Below, piece after piece: positions 1 through 12,869 of a stretch of 64,000 nt of DNA. Positions within the stretch are counted from its first letter, which is position 1, and every line of letters begins with the position of its first letter. Both the position numbers and the translations under genes were made by a program. Below the pieces are notes generated by a model that was given only the letters and a program-made list of their open reading frames with translations, did no database searches and was not told where the DNA came from. The DNA is from Auanema rhodensis (taxonomy: Eukaryota > Animalia > Nematoda): contig OZ059895.1 in the NCBI GenBank assembly GCA_964057225.1, positions 19,282,001-19,346,000 on the forward strand. The letters are read 5' to 3'.

Positions 1-499
1 GTTACATACCATGTGCACATCACGTGTACAATTAATTAGCATAAATTAAAGTTCACGTAAATTTCAAAGTCATGGTTACCATACACCGATATCAATGAAA
101 ATTTGTTTTTAGACTAATATGGACATGGGGAATCTAATTTTGAAAACCGCATCTCTTTATCTTTCACGGGAAGCGAGTTACACACCATTTGCACATCACG
201 TGTATATATAATTAGCATAAATTAAAGTTCACGTAAATTTCAAAGTCATGGTTACCATGCACCAATATCAATAAAAATTTGTTTTTAGACTAATATGGAC
301 ATGGGGAATCTAATTTTGAGAACCGCATCTTTTTATCTTTCACGGGAAGCGAGTTACACACCATGTGCACATCACGTGTACATTTAATTAGCATAACTTA
401 AAGTTCACGTAAATTTCAAAGTCATGGTTACCATGCACCAATATCAATAAAAATTTCTTTTTAGACTAATATGGACATGGGGAATCTAATTTTGAAAAC

Positions 500-2975
500 C
501 GCATCTTTTTATCTTTCACGGGAAGCGAGTTACATACCATGTGCACATCACGTGTACAATTAATTAGCATAAATTAAAGTTCACGTAAATTTGAAATTCA
601 TGGTAACCATACACCGATATCAATAATGTTTTGTTTTTAGACTAATATGGACATGGGGAATCTAATTTTGAAAACCGCATCTCTTTATCTTTCACGGGAA
701 GCGAGTTACATACCATTTGCACATCACGTGTACATTTAATTAGCATAAATTAAAGTTCACGTAAATTTCAAAGTCATGGTTACCATGCACCAATATCAAT
801 AAAAATTTGTTTTTAGACTAATATGGACATGGGGAATCTAATTTTGAAAACCGCATCTCTTTATCTTTCACGGGAAGCGAGTTACATACCATGTGCACAT
901 GACGTGTACAATTAATTAGCATAAATTAAAGTTCACGTAAATTTCAAAGTCATGGTTACCATACACCGATATCAATAATGTTTTGTTTTTAGACTAATAT
1001 GGATATGGGGAATCTAATTTTGAAAACCGCATCTCTTTATCTTTCACGGGAAGCGAGTTACATACCATTTGCACATCACGTGTATATATAATTAGCATAA
1101 ATTAAAGTTCACGTAAATTTCAAAGTCATGGTTACCATGCACCAATATCAATAAAAATTTGTTTTTAGACTAATATGGACATGGGGAATCTAATTCTGAA
1201 AACCGCATCTCTTTATCTTTCACGGGAAGCGAGTTATTACATACCATTTGCACATCACGTGTATATATAATTAGCATAAATTAAAGTTCAAGTAAATTTC
1301 AAAGTCATGGTTACCATACACCGATATCAATAATGTTATGTTTTTAGACTAATATGGTAATGGGGAATCTAATTTTGAAAACCGCATCTCTTTATCTTTC
1401 ACGGGAAGCGAGTTACATACCATTTTCACATCACGTGTATATATAATTAGCATAAATTGAAGTTCACGTAAATTTCAAAGTCATGGTTACCATGCACCAA
1501 TATCAATAAAAATTTGTTTTTAGACTAATATGGACATGGGGAATCTAATTTTGAAAACCGAATCTTTTTATCTTTCACGGGAAGCGAGTTACATACCATG
1601 TGCACAGCACGTGTACAATTAATTAGCATAAATTAAAGTTCACGTAAATTTCAAAGTCATTGTTACCACGCACCAATATCAATAATGTTATGTTTTTAGA
1701 CTAATATGGACATGGGGAATCTAATTTTGAAAACCGCATCTTTTTATCTTTCACGGGAAGCGAGTTACATACCATGTGCACATCACGTGTACAATTAATT
1801 AGCATAAATTAAAGTTCACGTAAATTTGAAATTCATGGTAACCATACACCGATATCAATAATGTTTTGTTTTTAGACTAATATGGACATGGGGAATCTAA
1901 TTTTGAAAACCGCATCTCTTTATCTTTCACGGGAAGCGAGTTACATACCATTTGCACATCACGTGTACATTTAATTAGCATAAATTAAAGTTCACGTAAA
2001 TTTCAAAGTCATGGTTACCATGCACCAATATCAATAAAAATTTGTTTTTAGACTAATATGGACATGGGGAATCTAATTTTGAAAACCGCATCTCTTTATC
2101 TTTCACGGGAAGCGAGTTACATACCATGTGCACATGACGTGTACAATTAATTAGCATAAATTAAAGTTCACGTAAATTTCAAAGTCATGGTTACCATACA
2201 CCGATATCAATAATGTTTTGTTTTTAGACTAATATGGATATGGGGAATCTAATTTTGAAAACCGCATCTCTTTATCTTTCACGGGAAGCGAGTTACATAC
2301 CATTTGCACATCACGTGTATATATAATTAGCATAAATTAAAGTTCACGTAAATTTCAAAGTCATGGTTACCATGCACCAATATCAATAAAAATTTGTTTT
2401 TAGACTAATATGGACATGGGGAATCTAATTCTGAAAACCGCATCTCTTTATCTTTCACGGGAAGCGAGTTATTACATACCATTTGCACATCACGTGTATA
2501 TATAATTAGCATAAATTAAAGTTCAAGTAAATTTCAAAGTCATGGTTACCATACACCGATATCAATAATGTTATGTTTTTAGACTAATATGGTAATGGGG
2601 AATCTAATTTTGAAAACCGCATCTCTTTATCTTTCACGGGAAGCGAGTTACATACCATTTTCACATCACGTGTATATATAATTAGCATAAATTGAAGTTC
2701 ACGTAAATTTCAAAGTCATGGTTACCATGCACCAATATCAATAAAAATTTGTTTTTAGACTAATATGGACATGGGGAATCTAATTTTGAAAACCGAATCT
2801 TTTTATCTTTCACGGGAAGCGAGTTACATACCATGTGCACAGCACGTGTACAATTAATTAGCATAAATTAAAGTTCACGTAAATTTCAAAGTCATTGTTA
2901 CCACGCACCAATATCAATAATGTTATGTTTTTAGACTAATATGGACATGGGGAATCTAATTTTGAAAACCGCATC
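500..2975 (+). repeat. Two-copy tandem duplication, period 1235 bp (7 monomers + 3-bp TTA insertion)
   Basis: Rare variants recur at +1235: cacatGacgt 901/2136, ggaTat 1004/2239, gttcaAgt 1291/2526. Edges are approximate. Confidence 0.9.
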
Positions 2976-3705
2976 AATTTATCTTTCACGGTAAGCGAGT
3001 TACATACCACGTGCACATCACGTGTACATTTAATTAGCATAAATTAAAGTTCACGTAAATTTCAAAGTCATTGTTACCATGCACCAATATCAATAAAAAT
3101 TTGTTTTTAGACTAATATGGACATGGGGAATCTAATTTTGAAAACCGCATCTTTTTATCTTTCACGGGAAGCGAGTTACATACCATGTGCACATCACGTG
3201 TACAATTAATTAGCATAACTTAAAGTTCACGTAAATTTGAAATTCATGGTAACCATACACCGATATCAATAATGTTTTGTTTTTAGACTAATATGGACAT
3301 GGGGAATCTAATTTTGAAAACCGTATCTTTTTATCTTTCACGGGAAGCGAGTTACATACCATGTGCACATCACGTGTACAATTAATTAGCATAAATTAAA
3401 GTTCACGTAAATTTCAAAGTCATGGTTACCATACACCGATATCAATGAAAATTTGTTTTTAGACTAATATGGACATGGGGAATCTAATTTTGAAAACCGC
3501 ATCTCTTTATCTTTCACGGGAAGCGAGTTATTACATACCATTTGCACATCACGTGTATATATAATTAGCATAAATTAAAGTTCACGTAAATTTCAAAGTC
3601 ATGGTTACCATGCACCAATATCAATAAAAATTTGTTTTTAGACTAATATGGACATGGGGAATCTAATTTTGAAAACCGCATCTCTTTATCTTTCACGGGA
3701 AGCGA

Positions 3706-3776
3706 GTTACATACCATTTGCACATCACGTGTATATATAATTAGCATAAATTAAAGTTCACGTAAACGGGAAGCGA
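3706..3776 (+). repeat. First 71-bp short monomer (monomer positions 1-61 joined to 167-176); 28 copies counted between 3.7 and 31.1 kb
   Basis: Junction TTCACGTAAA|CGGGAAGCGA falls after 3766, 8240, 9191, 9438, 9509, 10287, 11238, 11485, 12436, 12683, 13988, 14235, 15010, 15257, 17800, 18047, 18294, 22425, 22672, 23623, 23870, 26059, 26306, 27081, 27328, 27927, 30823 and 31070. Confidence 0.93.
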
Positions 3777-5189
3777 GTTACATACCATTTGCACATCACG
3801 TGTATATATAATTAGCATAAATTAAAGTTCACGTAAATTTCAAAGTCATGGTTACCATACACTGATATCAATAATGTTATGGTTTTAGACTAATATGGAC
3901 ATGGGGAATCTAATTTTGAAAACCGCATCTTTTTATCTTTCACGGGAAGCGTGTTACATACCATTTGCACATCACGTGTATATATAATTAGCATAAATTA
4001 AAGTTCACGTAAATTTCAAAGTCATGGTTACCATGCACCAATATCAATAAAAATTTGTTTTTAGACTAATATGGACATGGGGAATCTAATTTTGAAAACC
4101 GCATCTCTTTATCTTTCACGGGAAGCGAGTTACATACCATTTGCACATCACGTGTACAATTAATTAGCATAAATTAAAGTTCACGTAAATTTCAAAGTCA
4201 TTGTTACCACGCACCAATATCAATAATGTTATGTTTTTTGACTACTATGGACATGGGGAATCTAATTTTGAAAACCGCATCTCTTTATCTTTCACGGGAA
4301 GCGAGTTACATACCACGTGCACATCACGTGTACAATTAATTAGCATAAATTAAAGTTCACGTAAATTTCAAAGTCATTGTTACCACGCACCAATATCAAT
4401 AATGTTATGTTTTTTGACTAATATGGACATGGGGAATCTAATTTTGAAAACCGCATCTTTTTATCTTTCACGGGAAGCGAGTTACATACCATGTGCACAT
4501 CACGTGTACAATTAATTAGCATAAATTAAAGTTCATGTAAATTTCAAAGTCATTGTTACCACGCACCAATATCAATAATGTTATGTTTTTTGACTAATAT
4601 GGACATGGGGAATCTAATTTTGAAAACCGCATCTCTTTATCTTTCACGGGAAGCGAGTTACATACCACGTGCACATCACGTGTACATTTAATTAGCATAA
4701 ATTAAAGTTCACGTAAATTTCAAAGTCATTGTTACCATGCACCAATATCAATAAAAATTTGTTTTTAGACTAATATGGACATGGGGAATCTAATTTTGAG
4801 AACCGCATCTCTTTATCTTTCACGGGAAGCGAGTTACATACCATGTGCACATCACGTGTACAATAAATTAGCATAAATTAAAGTTCACGTAAATTTGAAA
4901 TTCATGGTAACCATACACCGATATCAATAATGTTTTGTTTTTAGACTAATATGGATATGGGGAATCTAATTTTGAAAACCGCATCTTTTTATCTTTCACG
5001 GGAAGCGAGTTACATACCATTTGCACATCACGTGTACATTTAATTAGCATAACTTAAAGTTCACGTAAATTTGAAATTCATGGTAACCATACACCGATAT
5101 CAATAATGTTTTGTTTTTAGACAAATATGGACATGGGGAATCTAATTTTGAAAACCGCATCTCTTTATCTTTCACGGGAAGCGAGTTAC

Positions 5190-6210
5190 ATACCATTTGC
5201 ACATCACGTGTACATTTAATTAGCATAAATTAAAGTTCACGTAAATTTCAAAGTCATGGTTACCATGCACCAATATCAATAAAAATTTGTTTTTAGACTA
5301 ATATGGACATGGGGAATCTAATTTTGAAAACCGCATCTCTTTATCTTTCACGGGAAGCGAGTTACATACCATGTGCACATCACGTGTACAATTAATTAGC
5401 ATAAATTAAAGTTCACGTAAATTTCAAAGTCATGGTTACCATACACCGATATCAATAATGTTATGTTTTTAGACTAATATGGTAATGGGGAATCTAATTT
5501 TGAAAACCGCATCTCTTTATCTTTCACGGGAAGCGAGTTACATACCATTTTCACATCACGTGTATATATAATTAGCATAAATTAAAGTTCACGTAAATTT
5601 CAAAGTCATGGTTACCATGCACCAATATCAATAAAAATTTGTTTTTAGACTAATATGGACATGGGGAATCTAATTTTGAAAACCGCATCTCTTTATCTTT
5701 CACGGGAAGCGAGTTACATACCATTTGCACATCACGTGTACATTTAATTAGCATAAATTAAAGTTCACGTAAATTTCAAAGTCATGGTTACCATGCACCA
5801 ATATCAATAAAAATTTGTTTTTAGACTAATATGGACATGGGGAATCTAATTTTGAAAACCGCATCTCTTTATCTTTCACGGGAAGCGAGTTACATACCAT
5901 GTGCACATCACGTGTACAATTAATTAGCATAAATTAAAGTTCACGTAAATTTCAAAGTCATGGTTACCATACACCGATATCAATAATGTTATGTTTTTAG
6001 ACTAATATGGTAATGGGGAATCTAATTTTGAAAACCGCATCTCTTTATCTTTCACGGGAAGCGAGTTACATACCATTTTCACATCACGTGTATATATAAT
6101 TAGCATAAATTAAAGTTCACGTAAATTTCAAAGTCATGGTTACCATGCACCAATATCAATAAAAATTTGTTTTTAGACTAATATGGACATGGGGAATCTA
6201 ATTTTGAAAA
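5190..6210 (+). repeat. 3-monomer (528-bp) tandem duplication
   Basis: ggTAatgggg at 5483/6011 and catttTcac at 5551/6079. Edges are approximate. Confidence 0.8.
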
Positions 6211-7462
6211 CCGAATCTTTTTATCTTTCACGGGAAGCGAGTTACATACCATGTGCACAGCACGTGTACAATTAATTAGCATAAATTAAAGTTCACGTAA
6301 ATTTCAAAGTCATTGTTACCACGCACCAATATCAATAATGTTATGTTTTTAGACTAATATGGACATGGGGAATCTAATTTTGAAAACCGCATCAATTTAT
6401 CTTTCACGGTAAGCGAGTTACATACCACGTGCACATCACGTGTACATTTAATTAGCATAAATTAAAGTTCACGTAAATTTCAAAGTCATTGTTACCATGC
6501 ACCAATATCAATAAAAATTTGTTTTTAGACTAATATGGACATGGGGAATCTAATTTTGAAAACCGCATCTTTTTATCTTTCACGGGAAGCGAGTTACATA
6601 CCATGTGCACATCACGTGTACAATTAATTAGCATAACTTAAAGTTCACGTAAATTTGAAATTCATGGTAACCATACACCGATATCAATAATGTTTTGTTT
6701 TTAGACTAATATGGACATGGGGAATCTGATTTTGAAAACCGTATCTTTTTATCTTTCACGGGAAGCGAGTTACATACCATGTGCACATCACGTGTACAAT
6801 TAATTAGCATAAATTAAAGTTCACGTAAATTTCAAAGTCATGGTTACCATACACCGATATCAATGAAAATTTGTTTTTAGACTAATATGGACATGGGGAA
6901 TCTAATTTTGAAAACCGCATCTCTTTATCTTTCACGGGAAGCGAGTTACACACCATTTGCACATCACGTGTATATATAATTAGCATAAATTAAAGTTCAC
7001 GTAAATTTCAAAGTCATGGTTACCATGCACCAATATCAATAAAAATTTATTTTTAGACTAATATGGACATGGGGAATCTAATTCTGAAAACTGCATCTTT
7101 TTATCTTTCACGGGAAGCGAGTTACATACCATGTGCACATCACGTGTACAATTAATTAGCATAAATTAAAGTTCACGTAAATTTGAAATTCATGGTAACC
7201 ATACACCGATATCAATAATGTTTTGTTTTTAGACTAATATGGACATGGGGAATCTAATTTTGAAAACCGCATCTCTTTATCTTTCACGGGAAGCGAGTTA
7301 CATACCATTTGCACATCACGTGTATATATAATTAGCATAAATTAAAGTTCACGTAAATTTCAAAGTCATGGTTACCATGCACCAATATCATTAAAAATTT
7401 GTTTTTAAACTAATATGGACATGGGGAATCTAATTTTGAAAACCGTATCTTTTTATCTTTCA

Positions 7463-10400
7463 CGGGAAGCGAGTTACATACCATGTGCACATCACGTGTA
7501 CAATTAATTAGCATAAATTAAAGTTCACGTAAATTTCAAAGTCATGGTTACCATACACCGATATCAATAAAAATTTGTTTTTAGACTAATATGGACATGG
7601 GGAATCTAATTTTGAAAACCGCATCTCTTTATCTTTCACGGGAAGCGAGTTACATACCATTTGCACATCACGTGTATATATAATTAGCATAAATTAAAGT
7701 TGACGTAAATTTCAAAGTCATGGTTACCATGCACCAATATCAATAAAAATTTGTTTTTAAACTAATATGGACATGGGGAATCTAATTTTGAAAACCGTAT
7801 CTTTTTATCTTTCACGGGAAGCGAGTTATTACATACCATTTGCACATCACGTGTACAATTAATAAGCATAACTTAAAGTTCACGTAAATTTGAAATTCAT
7901 GGTAACCATACACCGATATCAATAATGTTTTGTTTTTAGACTAATATGGACATGGGGAATCTAATTTTGAAAACCGCATCTTTTTATCTTTCACGGGAAG
8001 CGAGTTACATACCATGTGCACATCACGTGTACAATTAATTAGCATAAATTAAAGTTCACGTAAATTTCAAAGTCATGGTTACCATGCACCAATATCAATA
8101 AAAATTTGTTTTTAGACTAATATGGACATGGGGAATCTAATTTTGAAAACCGCATCTCTTTATCTTTCACGGGAAGCGAGTTACATACCATTTGCACATC
8201 ACGTGTATATATAATTAGCATAAATTAAAGTTCACGTAAACGGGAAGCGAGTTACATACCATTTGCACATCACGTGAATATATAATTAGCATAAATTAAA
8301 GTTCACGTAAATTTCAAAGTCATGGTTACCATGCACCAATATCAATAAAAATTTGTTTTTAAACTAATATGGACATGGGGAATCTAATTTTGAAAACCGC
8401 ATCTTTTTATCTTTCACGGGAAGCGAGTTACATACCATGTGCACAGCACGTGTACAATTAATTAGCATAAATTAAAGTTCACGTAAATTTCAAAGTCATT
8501 GTTACCACGCACCAATATCAATAATGTTATGTTTTTAGACTAATATGGACATGAGGAATCTAATTTTGAAAACCGCATCTCTTTATCTTTCACGGTAAGC
8601 GAGTTACATACCACGTGCACATCACGTGTACATTTAATTAGCATAAATTAAAGTTCACGTAAATTTCAAAGTCATTGTTACCATGCACCAATATCAATAA
8701 AAATTTGTTTTTAGACTAATATGGACATGGGGAATCTAATTTTGAGAACCGCATCTCTTTATCTTTCACGGGAAGCGAGTTACATACCATGTGCACATCA
8801 CGTGTACAATTAATTAGCATAAATTAAAGTTCACGTAAATTTCAAAGTCATGGTTACCATGCACCGATATCAATAATGTTTTGTTTTTAGACTAATATGG
8901 ACATGGGGAATCTAATTTTGAAAACCGCATCTTTTTATCTTTCACGGGAAGCGTGTTACATACCATGTGCACATCACGTGTACAATTAATTAGCATAAAT
9001 TAAAGTTCACGTAAATTTCAAAGTCATGGTTACCATGCACCAATATCAATAAAAATTTGTTTTTAGACTAATATGGACATGGGGAATCTAATTTTGAAAA
9101 CCGCATCTCTTTATCTTTCACGGGAAGCGAGTTACATACCATTTGCACATCACGTGTATATATAATTAGCATAAATTAAAGTTCACGTAAACGGGAAGCG
9201 AGTTACATACCATTTGCACATCACGTGTATATATAATTAGCATAAATTAAAGTTCACGTAAATTTCAAAGTCATGGTTACCATGCACCAATATCAATAAA
9301 AATTTGTTTTTAGACTAATATGGACATGGGGAATCTAATTTTGAAAACCGCATCTCTTTATCTTTCACGGGAAGCGAGTTACATACCATTTGCACATCAC
9401 GTGTGTATATAATTAGCATAAATTAAAGTTCACGTAAACGGGAAGCGAGTTACATACCATTTGCACATCACGTGTATATATAATTAGCATAAATTAAAGT
9501 TCACGTAAACGGGAAGCGAGTTACATACCATGTGCACATCACGTGTACAATTAATTAGCATAAATTAAAGTTCACGTAAATTTCAAAGTCATGGTTACCA
9601 TACACCGATATCAATAAAAATTTGTTTTTAGACTAATATGGACATGGGGAATCTAATTTTGAAAACCGCATCTCTTTATCTTTCACGGGAAGCGAGTTAC
9701 ATACCATTTGCACATCACGTGTATATATAATTAGCATAAATTAAAGTTGACGTAAATTTCAAAGTCATGGTTACCATGCACCAATATCAATAAAAATTTG
9801 TTTTTAAACTAATATGGACATGGGGAATCTAATTTTGAAAACCGTATCTTTTTATCTTTCACGGGAAGCGAGTTATTACATACCATTTGCACATCACGTG
9901 TACAATTAATAAGCATAACTTAAAGTTCACGTAAATTTGAAATTCATGGTAACCATACACCGATATCAATAATGTTTTGTTTTTAGACTAATATGGACAT
10001 GGGGAATCTAATTTTGAAAACCGCATCTTTTTATCTTTCACGGGAAGCGAGTTACATACCATGTGCACATCACGTGTACAATTAATTAGCATAAATTAAA
10101 GTTCACGTAAATTTCAAAGTCATGGTTACCATGCACCAATATCAATAAAAATTTGTTTTTAGACTAATATGGACATGGGGAATCTAATTTTGAAAACCGC
10201 ATCTCTTTATCTTTCACGGGAAGCGAGTTACATACCATTTGCACATCACGTGTATATATAATTAGCATAAATTAAAGTTCACGTAAACGGGAAGCGAGTT
10301 ACATACCATTTGCACATCACGTGAATATATAATTAGCATAAATTAAAGTTCACGTAAATTTCAAAGTCATGGTTACCATGCACCAATATCAATAAAAATT

Positions 10401-11556
10401 TGTTTTTAAACTAATATGGACATGGGGAATCTAATTTTGAAAACCGCATCTTTTTATCTTTCACGGGAAGCGAGTTACATACCATGTGCACAGCACGTGT
10501 ACAATTAATTAGCATAAATTAAAGTTCACGTAAATTTCAAAGTCATTGTTACCACGCACCAATATCAATAATGTTATGTTTTTAGACTAATATGGACATG
10601 AGGAATCTAATTTTGAAAACCGCATCTCTTTATCTTTCACGGTAAGCGAGTTACATACCACGTGCACATCACGTGTACATTTAATTAGCATAAATTAAAG
10701 TTCACGTAAATTTCAAAGTCATTGTTACCATGCACCAATATCAATAAAAATTTGTTTTTAGACTAATATGGACATGGGGAATCTAATTTTGAGAACCGCA
10801 TCTCTTTATCTTTCACGGGAAGCGAGTTACATACCATGTGCACATCACGTGTACAATTAATTAGCATAAATTAAAGTTCACGTAAATTTCAAAGTCATGG
10901 TTACCATGCACCGATATCAATAATGTTTTGTTTTTAGACTAATATGGACATGGGGAATCTAATTTTGAAAACCGCATCTTTTTATCTTTCACGGGAAGCG
11001 TGTTACATACCATGTGCACATCACGTGTACAATTAATTAGCATAAATTAAAGTTCACGTAAATTTCAAAGTCATGGTTACCATGCACCAATATCAATAAA
11101 AATTTGTTTTTAGACTAATATGGACATGGGGAATCTAATTTTGAAAACCGCATCTCTTTATCTTTCACGGGAAGCGAGTTACATACCATTTGCACATCAC
11201 GTGTATATATAATTAGCATAAATTAAAGTTCACGTAAACGGGAAGCGAGTTACATACCATTTGCACATCACGTGTATATATAATTAGCATAAATTAAAGT
11301 TCACGTAAATTTCAAAGTCATGGTTACCATGCACCAATATCAATAAAAATTTGTTTTTAGACTAATATGGACATGGGGAATCTAATTTTGAAAACCGCAT
11401 CTCTTTATCTTTCACGGGAAGCGAGTTACATACCATTTGCACATCACGTGTGTATATAATTAGCATAAATTAAAGTTCACGTAAACGGGAAGCGAGTTAC
11501 ATACCATTTGCACATCACGTGTATATATAATTAGCATAAATTAAAGTTCACGTAAA
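7463..11556 (+). repeat. Tandem duplication, period 2047 bp (10x176 + 3 + 4x71)
   Basis: gttGacgt at 7702/9749, cacgtgAata at 8277/10324, and short-unit junctions at 8240/10287, 9191/11238 and 9438/11485. Confidence 0.92.
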
Positions 11557-12869
11557 TTTCAAAGTCATGGTTACTATGCACCAATATCAATAAAAATTTG
11601 TTTTTAGACTAATATGGACATGGGGAATCTAATTTTGAAAACCGCATCTTTTTATCTTTCACGGGAAGCGAGTTACATACCATGTGCACAGCACGTGTAC
11701 AATTAATTAGCATAAATTAAAGTTCACGTAAATTTCAAAGTCATTGTTACCACGCACCAATATCAATAATGTTATGTTTTTAGACTAATATGGACATGAG
11801 GAATCTAATTTTGAAAACCGCATCTCTTTATCTTTCACGGTAAGCGAGTTACATACCACGTGCACATCACGTGTACATTTAATTAGCATAAATTAAAGTT
11901 CACGTAAATTTCAAAGTCATTGTTACCATGCACCAATATCAATAAAAATTTGTTTTTAGACTAATATGGACATGGGGAATCTAATTTTGAGAACCGCATC
12001 TCTTTATCTTTCACGGGAAGCGAGTTACATACCATGTGCACATCACGTGTACAATTAATTAGCATAAATTAAAGTTCACGTAAATTTCAAAGTCATGGTT
12101 ACCATGCACCGATATCAATAATGTTTTGTTTTTAGACTAATATGGACATGGGGAATCTAATTTTGAAAACCGCATCTTTTTATCTTTCACGGGAAGCGTG
12201 TTACATACCATGTGCACATCACGTGTACAATTAATTAGCATAAATTAAAGTTCACGTAAATTTCAAAGTCATGGTTACCACGCACCAATATCAATAAAAA
12301 TTTGTTTTTAGACTAATATGGACATGGGGAATCTAATTTTGAAAACCGCATCTCTTTATCTTTCACGGGAAGCGAGTTACATACCATTTGCACATCACGT
12401 GTATATATAATTAGCATAAATTAAAGTTCACGTAAACGGGAAGCGAGTTACATACCATTTGCACATCACGTGTATATATAATTAGCATAAATTAAAGTTC
12501 ACGTAAATTTCAAAGTCATGGTTACCATGCACCAATATCAATAAAAATTTGTTTTTAGACTAATATGGACATGGGGAATCTAATTTTGAAAACCGCATCT
12601 CTTTATCTTTCACGGGAAGCGAGTTACATACCATTTGCACATCACGTGTGTATATAATTAGCATAAATTAAAGTTCACGTAAACGGGAAGCGAGTTACAT
12701 ACCATTTGCACATCACGTGTATATATAATTAGCATAAATTAAAGTTCACGTAAATTTCAAAGTCATGGTTACCATGCACCAATATCAATAAAAATTTGTT
12801 TTTAGACTAATATAGACATGGGGAATCTAATTTTGAAAACCGCATCTTTTTATCTTTCACGGGAAGCGA
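10474..12869 (+). repeat. Two adjacent copies of a 1198-bp higher-order repeat (6x176 + 2x71); another copy at 22859-24056
   Basis: The marker monomer (cacaGc, caTTgttaccaCg, atgAgg, cggTaag) starts at 10474, 11672, 12870 and at 22859, 24057. The order of monomer haplotypes is conserved between copies. Confidence 0.9.

Noticed and set aside
1-176. Identity with known ~171-178 bp satellites (Brassica CentBr, Arabidopsis CEN178, alphoid, honeybee AluI)
   Set aside because: Only the length matches. I see no resemblance to the sequences as I recall them, no AGCT/AAGCTT site and no CENP-B box. A database search is needed for any assignment.
547-640. Budding-yeast point-centromere resemblance (ATCACGTG fits CDEI RTCACRTG; TGTTTTGTTTT resembles the left part of CDEIII)
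   Set aside because: The essential CCGAA core of CDEIII is missing, the intervening DNA is not >90% AT, and point centromeres are single-copy rather than tandem arrays.
5044-5226. 60-aa minus-strand ORF
   Set aside because: It is one satellite monomer read in reverse. It is open only because gacTaa>gacAaa changes a minus-strand TAG to TTG. The 176-bp period is not a multiple of 3, and I recognise no protein family.
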